Shown here: piece after piece, positions 48,701-60,700 of the stretch
Layout: each line of letters begins with the position of its first letter
Numbering within the stretch: position 1 is the stretch's first letter
NCBI GenBank assembly: GCA_002633005.1
Contig: NMRA01000649.1
Coordinates: 1 to 64,000 of the forward strand
DNA from: Phoronis australis
Lineage: Eukaryota; Animalia; Phoronida
Reading direction: 5' to 3'
DNA length: 64,000 bases
The notes under the pieces: model-generated
What the model saw: the letters and a program-made list of their open reading frames with translations, nothing else
The model's database searches: none
What the model was told of the DNA's origin: nothing
Translations under genes and position numbers: made by a program

Positions 48701-51700
48701 TTTACCGGGATGTATCGAGTTAGTTGACATTTGGATGTGAGTTAAAAAACACTACATGTGCAGGCATTCAGAGTTCACGGATGAGACGTCTACTTAAAAA
48801 TCGGCAAACAAAGTCTGGAATACGAATCGGGAATTGAGGAATTATCGATGATTAAAGCTACAATGTGAAATGTAGGCTACCTGACTGGGAAGCAAACTGT
48901 CGTTTAATTTTCCTCGCCTCCTCATCTTTGAGAAACTGTACAAAGTATTGCACACGCATTGCAATCAGGGCAACCCCCCTCCCACAGCTGCTTTGACACT
49001 TGTAATGACTCGCCGACATGCGATAAGAATTCAAAAGTTGCCAGGAATCGTAGAGTAAGAAGGAGTTTCAAAATTGGCGGCAATAAAGTGTGGTAATACG
49101 GCGAGTTCAGATGAAGAAGGTTTATAATGAAAAATATTGTCTCAAACTCTGAAATATGGTATGAGGACTTAAATTTACCAGAGATTTGCTGTCAGTGTCT
49201 CTCGCTGGTCTTCTGATATATTCTTCTTTCGCTCGTGGAATAACTTGTCTGTGTCTCACATTCGCCGTATTTATTTCCGAGTACGATTTCAAGCACACTG
49301 CCAAACCAAACTTGAAATTTGGAGCATATACTCGGAATTTTTTCTCAAAATTGTACTCGAAATATAGATGAAATACACTTCACATCAAGTATACTCGAAA
49401 ATTGAGTACTTGCTAGAAATTTCGAGTACAGATTTTTTGAGTATGACATTGAGTACACCAAAGCTGAGTCTGTACTCGAGTTGAGTATGAAGTGTGAGTT
49501 TGAGTATGATTCGAGACTGAGTACGGAGATTGGAGACTGAGCCCAGTTAGATGGGTTCGTGTCTCATACGCAAATGTTTTGAAATTGTATTCATAATTTT
49601 CTGCTGGCACCAGCGTGTTTTCTATTTTCATGCGCGGGAGAGTATTTGACAGAAACAGATTTTATTTAGATTCACACCCATGTCTCAAATGTTTGTATAA
49701 GTTCCATATTTTCAGAAGAGACACTGTCTTATTTTTACAGGTTAGGTATGCATCTACAGCAGCTTCAACTAGCCAGACCCACTTTCCTAATTAATTGCCT
49801 TATCTAATTTTGTCAACACTAGTGCCTACTTTACAGTGATTAAAATTAATAGCCCATAATGCACTAAGACTGTCATGAAATATGCATTCCCATGTCTAGT
49901 CTCACCCAGTTGAGACAGTGGATCATAATTTTATCTTGGGCAAATTTGGTGTTCAGGTTTTGTAAAGTCCTCTCTGTAGAGCCCTGTCACTAGTACATCT
50001 GCCTGGCATTATCTGTGCACTGTCTGCAGGTCAAGACGTAATAAACTTTTATTGGAACCATGTGTTAGAAAACTCATTTTTTGTGAAAATTGTTACTACA
50101 CTGTGGGTGCAGGATGAGGAAAGCTTGACTTCAGTGCAAAATGGCAGATGTTGACGAATATTCAATTTTTCATTTACTCATTAAATGAAAATAACAAAGA
50201 ATTGGGTAACACGCAGTTACAGGATTCCCTTGTATTTTGAGAACCAGCACCTCTGATTAACAGAGATCAAGCTAACTTTTATTTATTTATTTATTTATTC
50301 ATTTTTTAATATTTACAATGAGGGTAGCCCCGACAGTTCTCACTGCTTTCCACGGGGGCCCTAACTGGCTATCAAAATCCGGAATCCCTGTAAGTGACTA
50401 TTGCGAAACAATGGACAAAGAGCGTAGATAGAACACCAATTGAGGACAATCATATCACGGATAGATGTCCATCTTCGTAAATGATACGTAGGTGGACATG
50501 CGTTTGAAAAACACTTATTAAAAAAGTAAAAAGTTTTGGAAAGACACCTTATTTTGGATATATGCAGATGGACTGAACTATGTGCATTGAAAGCAACTTA
50601 GAAGATAAAGTTATTCTTGGCTGTGTTTTTATGATGAGAGCTGCAGTTGCATTTCAATGTGGGAAGTGAGCATTCTTGTTGCATAGCTCTGCTGTGTAAA
50701 GATGTTGAATTATTTAATGGCTGTTTAATTGGGAATGGTGTGTGTCACAAGTGATGACAAGCCAAGACTGTCTGAATCATTGATGCCTTCTCCAGGCCTG
50801 GGGAATTCTGGTACAAATCAATGATGAGATTGCATTTCCTACTGAGGCCAAGTGCCCAGAGCTTTTTTTCAGCAAGATCAAAGTGATGTGGTAACTTCAG
50901 GCAGTGTTTTTACTACCCCCTTTACCCCCCCCCCCATCATGTATTACTTCCAGGTTCTCATGAACCACCCATTGCATCGTTTTACATTTCACACTCAAGG
51001 GAGGTCCCATACTAGTGCAGGTTTGGGACGTTTTTAAGCATCTCGGCCATTTTTTTCAGAGATTTGACAAAAGAGAAGAGGTGCAAACAGAAACTCAGAA
51101 TTTAGAGTTGAAATGGAAAATATTTATTTTATTCAAGAGCATAGAATGAGTCACAGCAATCAAAGTAGTCTCTTAAATAGGATCATTTAGAAAGTCACTT
51201 AACCCTCTCTGCATTTGCATGTTTACCTTACATTTATTGTTTGTTACTTCATAAAAAGTAATGCTCGGTGTAACTGCACCTCGAGAAACCAAGAATTCAA
51301 TATCAAATATTATTTACAAAATGTTATTAACTTTGAAATGTACTGATGCCATGTTGGAACGGTGTCATTGGCAAATACGTTTTGATTAAATTTGCTGGCT
51401 TTTGTATGAATTTTTTATCTAGAATTAAGCAAAATAAGTAATTCAAGTTTTGAAACCCCAAATGTAAACATATTTCACGTCATCTGTGGTTGCTTAGGGC
51501 GACCAGGTTTTGGATGTAAAAGATTTTTTCTGCATGTACAACAAAGGTCAGTATACGTTATTTATTAATACTTTAGTGTGTGAAACACTTCTTTCCTTTA
51601 TGTCACAAAAAGTTTGTGTAAGAAACAGGATGTTACACAGCTCAACTTATACTTTTCCCTAGTAACTGGTCTCGCATTCTGTTAGGGTTCTTTTACTCCT

Positions 51701-54700
51701 GCGTGATATTACAACGCTCTCCGAAAAAAACAAGGTTATCTAGTTTACCAAATAACGAGAGCGTGAAGTTTCAAGGAATGGTTATTTAGTATGATCTATG
51801 GGGAGTTCTAGTTTACTGGCCATACGTGTCCAATATGGTCTCTCTGGATTAGACCTCCAAAATTGATACGGTCAACACAAAATGAAATCAGGCTGAGTGT
51901 CATATGGCAATCTTCAACTGNNNNNNNNNNNNNNNNNNNNNNNNNNNNNNNNNNNNNNNNNNNNNNNNNNNNNNNNNNNNNNAATGCAGCCTGCCTTTCA
52001 TAGGTTGCTGACCCTGGCTTTTGTGCAATTCTTGAATATCTGTCAGTAAAGCCAGGATTTGAACAACCGCAATGTCCCATCAGGAGTAGAAGCTATTGAG
52101 CTCACACTGACTCCTGGCTTCAGACTAATGAGAGGAGTAAATAAATTTGTTGTCCGAGTCATCCCCATGAGATTATACCGAGTTGAGTGTCCAATTCACC
52201 GAGTAACGTCAGTTTGCGTGCACTCACAGTTCTAGGCACGTTCTCGGTAAAAGTTCGATTAGGGACTGAGTGAGGTAGAGGCCTGTCATTGGTCTTGCCA
52301 GACTTATTTAATGAATTGGTGTTTGTGCACGCATGATTTCCACATAGTTTTGTTACGAAAATGATTTTGTAATCATTTACGAATTCAAGTGCTTACCGGT
52401 AAATTCATCAAGAAATAATCATTGCCATTAATGGCACTGTTTACTGTAGCTCTCAACACTATTTAATGCAGTTTTGAACATTATCGCAATTGAAAAACAG
52501 CAATTTAACAATTTCTGTTTTTATCCCAATTTTAAGATCAATGATCTTTAGGCTAATGGGTTTGAGTTCCATTACCAAAGCCCTCTAAGGTATTTTTGAT
52601 TTGTCACCCTCAGTGTGGATTTTTTCTCGTTTTTGCAGGCCATACGCTGCACAATTCCCTCATGTGCGTGTGAGTGTTTTGCGCCGGGAAAGTCATCCCT
52701 GAGGCTGTGTCATACTTGTCAACATGGATGGGTCGCACATGGTAAGTTGCATTGGTCATTAATGCTGAACTCGAGTATAAAAATTGTCAGATAAATCCAA
52801 ATATTGATTCTTTTTGGACGGAAATTTTATAGCGGGAGCTAGAAGTCGAATGTTCTTAGTTTGGCCAATTCATTGTTAGCACTGAAGGAGTGGAAGAAGC
52901 GTAAAGTATCTGTTGCAATTTTGTTCGAAACCTGTGTAGGTAAATTTTTTTTATGATCCACAGACAGATGCATAAATTTGTGGTTGAATTTCACCAATTT
53001 TGGACAATAATAATTGCCAATAATGATATTTTTCTGTTTTTCTGATTTAAGATAGCTATGGCACTGAACCTAAAATAGTAAAGCATTTATTTGATAAAAT
53101 GTATATTATAAAAAATGAAAAAGCAATATTTCATTTGTCCACCATATTGTGTCACGCTAAATTGGTCATAGTGAGACTTGAATGTACTTGTGTGAGATTG
53201 AAATTAAGAGGTCACTTTTTCTACTCTAAACTGCTATTATATTCAGTGGATATGCTAGTGCATCTCAGTGGTTTGCCAGATGGTTACTCATTTGCATATT
53301 TACAGTGTCAGAGGCGTGCAGTGTCATTGTGGCTTATTGTTATGAACTTCATTTGCAAAAGAGTTGGTTATATTTGGGTCTGTTGATAGGACAACATATT
53401 GCGTTGGTTGTGGAATTAATTAATATCTTCTAAAAGTTCTTGAAATATTACAAAAATTGAAATACACGAGAATGTTTGTATCTAGTTGACTAGTGTGGGC
53501 AAACTTTGGATAGACAAAAATCTCACTGGTTTAGGACACAATGTGTCGGACAGGTGGTATTTTATTTTCTAATTTTTTCATAAAAGATAATGCAGCATCA
53601 GACTTATACTCATTACTGTGATCGAGCTTCGTTACCATGGCAATCTTCAGAAAATATTCCAAAAATTTGTGAGCAATCACAACAATGTTAGAAGACGTTG
53701 AAAAAATGAAAAAGATCGTCATGGTAATTATTTTTAGCCTATATTGGCGAGATATCACCGTAGAGACACTGGACTTCTGTTTTTGAAAACGGGCATGTAA
53801 AGTTAACTTAAAATTCCGTTTTTTTTTTTCATTCTGATAAATAAATTATTTGCATAAACATTTCTGGGAGTTGCTTTATTCTTTCTGTTGCTGATAATTT
53901 GCTGCGCGTCTGATGTTGATTGTTTCTCAACTGGCGGAAACCAGAAAACGAATAGCATCACCTTCAGGAAGAATGCGCAACTACATGAACATGTTTGCTG
54001 AAAAGCGTTTGTTGACTGAGTTTTGACCAGAAGCAGTGTTGTGTAACGAATTCATACACATATTTGATATTCGGTAATGAAAAAAAAAATTTAGAATTCT
54101 GGTATCTACTGATTAAATATGTTATTTTCATTCAAAACTTTTAATGCTACGAAAAAGTCTGATGTCAAGAATTTCATCTGTAATGCGTTATCGTCTAGAT
54201 TCACTATTTGTAGGCCTCGCCCAGTATTTCATTTTCAGTAATCCAATATTCGATCTTGACTCGAGCAATTTGATGTGACATTTAGTGTGTGTTTTACACA
54301 GAATCTTCGAAATTTGGAATTTGTGTTTTCAGTCACCTCAAGCAAAAGTTCTCTGTTTTTTCACTCTGGCATTGCTGTCAGTAGCGTGTGCAATCGATTC
54401 CAATGTTTGCTCTGCTAAATCCAGGTGACACTTGAATACTGTAAATTTGCCTTAAGTTTGTTTATGACACAAAGAGCTGAAAATGTAAAATTTCCTGTTG
54501 TCAGTTTCTCAACAAAAGATTTCATAATGAAATTTTGAGTAGTTGCTAAATTGTGAAGATTTGGAATTGAAATTGGCAATTTTAGCAACTATCTGTGTTG
54601 AAAATTGAAGTATCAACCCATAGCCATCGGGAGTCCAGTTCGTTGACTCAAAGTTGGTGAATGACTTTAACACAAGACAGAGTTTAGATAGAGTCGGTCA

Positions 54701-57700
54701 GCGTTAGTCTGATCTGCCTGTTAGAGTAGTGGGCACTTACTGCCTGTCACTGTGGAATCTTGTCTTGTTAACTTGGGGCTGTCGCCTTTTTTGGTCTGAC
54801 TGTTATGTGGCGGGATGTCATGTGAAATATGATAGCACAACTGTGTAGCTGGGATTGTTGTGTTTGCTGTCGTGGGGGCATGTCTGGATTGGACAATGGT
54901 CTTACTATTATTTTGTTAACTAGTGACAAAATCTGGCACATTCACTAAAATTTTATTCTGGGTAATTCTAGGTTTGATAATTTTGAGCTGTCTTTTCTCC
55001 TGATCGTGTCTCTAAGCCGTGCTAACTCACTAAAAAGAAGATTTTGCATATCGAGAAGGTTATTTTCTGTTTTGAGATGCAATTCGTTAAGAATCTGGTT
55101 TGAAATGTTGAGAACCATAGTTTAGTCCTGCTCACACAATTAAGCATAAACGTTTTAAAGTTTTTTAAAATTGGAACAAGTTTGAAAGTAAGCTTCAGGA
55201 CATTTTCTAATGTTGATTGAGATCGTTTTGTTGTTTTATAGCGCTTCATTTTATTTCATTTTACAATGTGTTAGGGGGCATTTTAGGTACTCGCGTCAAT
55301 ACCTCTACTCAACTTGACGATAACTATCTTAGTTGCCTCAATGTTTTTCTATGCGCCATGTGTCTTTGGGCGCTCAAAATCAATAATATTCCTGTGACAC
55401 ATTAATAACTGTTTTCACAGCTGTAAGATTTGACATAATTTTGTTAGGAATGATTCAATGCGACTTTATGCTGTGACAACAGCTGTTTGTGTGTGTCCAG
55501 TCTGTTCAACACACAGCAGTAATGCAGTTGTGGACTCTAAGCACACCCCTTGCTAATCTTAGGACCTTAAAATTCTTTTCTTAAGAGTATGGTAGGTTGT
55601 TGCTGACTCGAGTGTACTGCCTCCCTAGAATCACTGCGCTCATTGTCAGGATTTCATCAGTTATAATGCTAAGTCTTGCGACTATTTTCTTGTTTGATAT
55701 TGTAGTCAGGGTAACAATTTCCTCAAGTTGGGACAACACTTAACAAAATTCACAATTTTCCATTCTTCAAAGGCTTTATACATTACCTCAAACGCCCAGA
55801 ATTTCCAAATTGGACAAAAATTAAATTCCGCCTCTCTGACATACTGTGCTCTAAACTGGACATTTTTTATTTTAGTTCTTAATATTCTCAACTCCAAGGC
55901 TTGCAGAATTTTAGCAAGTGCTTGAAATTACAAAAGCTTTGCATAGTGATATTGCCATCCGCGTTTCAAAGTTAAACTTTATGAAAAGTTATTTTTTTGA
56001 GAAATTTTATGAAATGAATTTTCAATTGCACGCCACATCATGCTGTGAAGTCAAGAATTTTTACCTGTACCATGTACATATCATACCATTCATTAGTCTC
56101 GTTAAACTTTAATAATCTTGGCGTGCTCAGGTAATACTGTTAACATGTGTCCATTTTCCCATTGCCAGCGAGCGCCCCCTGGTGACAGCTGTTAGATAAA
56201 GTCTCATGAATCAATACGTCATGGTCGCCATCCTCTGGTTACTTAACCTAGCTCTGTCGGGAGAGTTGGACCTGTGAGCAGTTTGCCAATTTACTGGCTG
56301 GCTGTACATGTTCGTAAACGAGTCGCGAGTATAAATATGGTGTAACCTCCGCTAGGGACCTTCTATTAATAAGTGAGTGCAGAGGGTCTCTAGTGAGTGA
56401 ACACACATATTCATGGTCTTCTTAATCAATGCCCTGTGTATACAAATGATTTCACGAGAGACACGCCACAATCAATAGTTGCTCTGTCCTGTTTTTATTG
56501 ACTGTCTTTTTGGCCATCTCTTGCCACTGTAAATAAACAAGGCGGCTTGCAGTTAATATTCATCATTGATAGTATACCCACACACACAAATACATGTGAT
56601 GGAATTTCTGTTGATGAACTGTCCTTATCAGCTGCCTGATGCTTTCGTTATTCAAGATGCGGATGTAATTCTACTAATTAGCATGCAAAATGGCGAACAA
56701 GTGGAGTTTTATTTTGTCAAATTTCTCTACAAAAAGTAACATCAAAGCAGCTATAAACCTGAATTCCATCGAAGAAAGTAACTTTTGATTTAAGCCAAAG
56801 TGATCACAACTTTTCCCATCTCCGAGGAGAGGTCAGGTTTCTGGATTTGGAAAAAGTGACCATTTGTTATTGCTGATGACCAAGATCCGTGCGTAATTGA
56901 CCCGTGACCTACCGTATAGTCTAGTCTAGTCTCTTGTAAAAAAGGAGTCCTTACATGTCTAGAAACTCCTCTTATTTGAGTGAGTTTTGGGTCTAATTTC
57001 GTAACTGGTCTGAATGAAAAATTAGTTTTATAACAAAAGGCAGATTTATAGCCACTTTTAAGAAAATTTTTGTCTATTATTAATTCGGTTTGTGTTGTTT
57101 TGATGTTGTCAAACTAAACAACATGTGGTAAAGTTTTGATTATTTATAGCAAGGTAGTCTATCTATGAAAATTTGAAAAGTCAGTTTTGGCAATTGTTTT
57201 AATGCAAATTGGCTAAGAATTGGTCTAGTCACTGTCGCTTCTTTTTGCTTTCTGTTAATTTGTTCGGTGCGTTCTTTGGTTTTCCTGGGATTTGGATGGA
57301 TGTTTAAAGCACTGAGATGCCAGACTGTTTTTCACAAATTCTTTATCAAATCATGCTTTAGGATAATTAATGGCAAGGATTCGCGCAAATAATTGTAAAA
57401 TATTGGTAAATGATAGAATTTTTTTCTTGGTCAACCTGGTCTGTCTGGCTCATGAGTTTCAAATTGGGTCAACTGAAAGTCGCTTCTGTGCTCTCGCAAT
57501 AATTGACCTATCACCAGGATTTTGAGTGACGGCTTCAGAAAGCAGCATTCTTAACACACCTTCATTTCTAAGCCGCTATTTTACCCGACAAACAACATAT
57601 TGTCGGGTGAAACTTATTGTTAGTTTGTCAGGTGTCACATGACTTTTCACAAGGGGACGAAGCTTGCGATAGGTCAATTACAAGTTGAGAGAGTGAATTC

Positions 57701-60700
57701 CCTTTGACATGGTGACATGCTCTGACGAAACGTTGCCTGAAATTCTGTGACATTTTGTTTTTTTGAAAACTCTGTGACAAAATGTGAACCGAGAAGACTC
57801 TTAGTGTTTTGTTGGGTTTACAGTTATTTTATATTGCATCAATTGTAAAATTATGGAATTCATTGTTATAATCAAATATTGACTAATATTGTGTCTCTCA
57901 TATGTGACAAAAGCAAAGATGATGTTACTAATACATGCAAAAAGCGCAAAAAATTGTTACAAGTGAGACTTCCCTGTGACATTTTGAAAATCTTGAGACT
58001 TGTGACAAATTGTGACCTGCCATTAAACATGAATCCAGTCTCTGAGAGTCATTTGATGTTGAATGTTTTCTGCAGTAAAATCTCGCCAACTCAGTAAACA
58101 GTATGGCCGACAAGTGAAATTTAATGATTTATTTTTTCATAAAAGATATGTAGCACCAAAAAAATGCTATATCATTTTTAAAGATCTGTGTCATAGATAC
58201 GGTCACAATAATTTTAAGAAATTGTGGCCATTCATAGCAATGTTAGAGCCTTTGAAAAATGAACAAAAAACATTTTCCAATTATTTTTGTCCAACATGGA
58301 CAAGATTTACCATTATATTTAATTTGACTACATTTTCTTGTTCTCTTTCAGCACTTGATAAGTTGGGGTTTCAGCACGTAATACAACTGGGAATGTCTGT
58401 GGAGGTCGTCCAGCCCAACATTGTCTTTGACATCGCCAGCCTAATGCTATACGGCACGCACGCGGCGCCCATTCGACTCAAGATCCTCCTCGATCGCCTT
58501 TTCAGTGTTCTACAACACGACGAAGTCATTCAAGTTCTCCACGGCTTTGGTTGGTCTTATGAAGACTATGCACGTGGTTATATACTACAGGTATGGCCAG
58601 CCACAGAACTGGGTTGAATGTTGTACAACTGAGTAGACAGTGTCATTAACGTTTCAAGTAGCAGTAGAGACGGTGGCTATCTCATAGGCCTTCACACCCC
58701 TGAAGCTTTACACTGATTAAACCATTAGTTACGTTGCTATATGTACCTTTTGCTCATAGAGGGACACCTTAGGAGGCTGATGTCATATCACCTGGCCTGG
58801 TGCAAGCAGTGTAAAAATGGCCAGTTGCCGATTTGTCCAACTGAGCGAAGGGCTGCTCTAAAAAAGTTTGATTACTGGAGTATTTGTTCGAGTTGGAAAG
58901 AATTAAAGACATCTGCGGCCTTCTAAGGTGTCCATCTATGTGCAAAAGGTACTTAAAGCAGCGTGACTTTGATGGTTTAATCAGTGTAAGGCATAGTTTT
59001 CCAAAAGGTTCCCGAAGGGCCTATGGGATTGGCTAATGTTTCTGCTTCTAGTTGATGGTTTTTGGATGTGATTATATTGTTTTTAAATTGGTATCGAGAA
59101 TCTTTCATGCAAAAGATTTGCTAATCTGCGTTTTATTCCGTTACATTTTAAGACTTAGTTTCAGTCTAACTTCTATTTTTGTGTGATGATCGCTTAGCTG
59201 CACTCGTACCATAAAGCATGTTGCAGGAGACTTGTCTAATGTGTCACCAAGTTATCCGTGATGTCACTGGATGTTTTGGAGCCGACAAAAGTTCTACTTT
59301 TTCATTTGAAAAACAACAACAGCGCCCTCTATTGTTACTTTGGTGTAATCAACTCGGACTAAGCTATGTCCCACCCACTCAAACCAAGCTATGTCCCACC
59401 CATAATAGATGCAAGACTAAAATTCTTACACGGCAATTGACTGTCTATCACAAGGCTTTACACAAACTGCATGGCCATTTTCTTCTCACGAACACTAGTC
59501 GTAAAAAGGACTACGGGGTGTTAGCAAGAAGGAAGTTGTGAATGCGACGTGCTACGCTTCATTCAGATGTTGTAAAATTTCCCATGTGTAGAGGAACTGT
59601 TCAATTTGTGTTATTGAAAAGGAGACATTTCCACCATGTTGTGATTCATGGATTGATTATTTTTTCAGTCAATCAATTTATTTCTGCAATAAAGGCCATA
59701 GGCCCACTGTACAAAAGAACAACTTGTATCATACTTAAGAGTGCAGTAAGGTATCACGGAGACGAAAAGCATAAAATACACATTTTCATACTAGGTAAAC
59801 TAATTATCATCACTTGTTGACATTAATCTGTTGAACTTGAAAAAAGACTGAAAAATTCCAGTGGTGCACTTCAAATTAATTTTCTCTCAGTTCAGAATAT
59901 TTATCACAGCTTAGAAGGAAATGATACTCGTCTTCTACAACATTGGGGCAGAAGGGACACATGCAGTTTGCCCTATTCAAATTCAAGTGCCTGCCTACTT
60001 CAATCACGAGACTGTGGCTGGAAAACGAAAACGTGCCATGGACATAATTTGTGCACTGGGTGTAAATGATATCACAATCAAAATGAAAGGTCGCTTACAG
60101 TTGGAACTTGTATCTAAAAACCACAAACATTTTGGGCGGGGCCTTTCCTCGCTTTGTTTGGTGAAGGAAACTACAGAATATGCCTAAGAAGGTAGTACAT
60201 GGTGTAATAACATATGATACGTTACAAGACAAAAATGGTCGGACAATTCACTGTTTCCCCATTGTGATGCGTAATATTTATCACCAAAAATTACAGAGTG
60301 GCTTAGCCACGTTACTGAATTTGCTGTTAATCCTCGTTCATTCTCGGTCGTAAGGGACGACAACTGCAACGATGAATTTCGACTTCCATCCTGCTGTCGC
60401 GACGGAATTGCAGGTCGTTGTTTCTGAATACTTTTGGCTTGTATTGTACATTAATGTTTTCTACAGCTCGTGTAGGTTAAGGGGCACGTGATGAACTGAC
60501 GAAAACATCAGTGAAGGACAGATTAAGTACACTGGAACACAATTTTCAGCCAAGAAAACTTGCCGCCTAAATACTAACCTCTTAAGTGTGAAAAAGTGCT
60601 TCTCATATCTACGTCTTGTGCAGAGTTTGCGTGTTTTAGATTTTAATGTGATTATTTCTTCACCAGGATGCTTCAGGTCGAGTGCTTGACAAGTGGAGCA

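Noticed and set aside
58063-58351. N-terminal part of ORF 58063..58617
   Set aside because: It is intronic family D repeat that happens to be open; the real exon starts at the acceptor at 58352.
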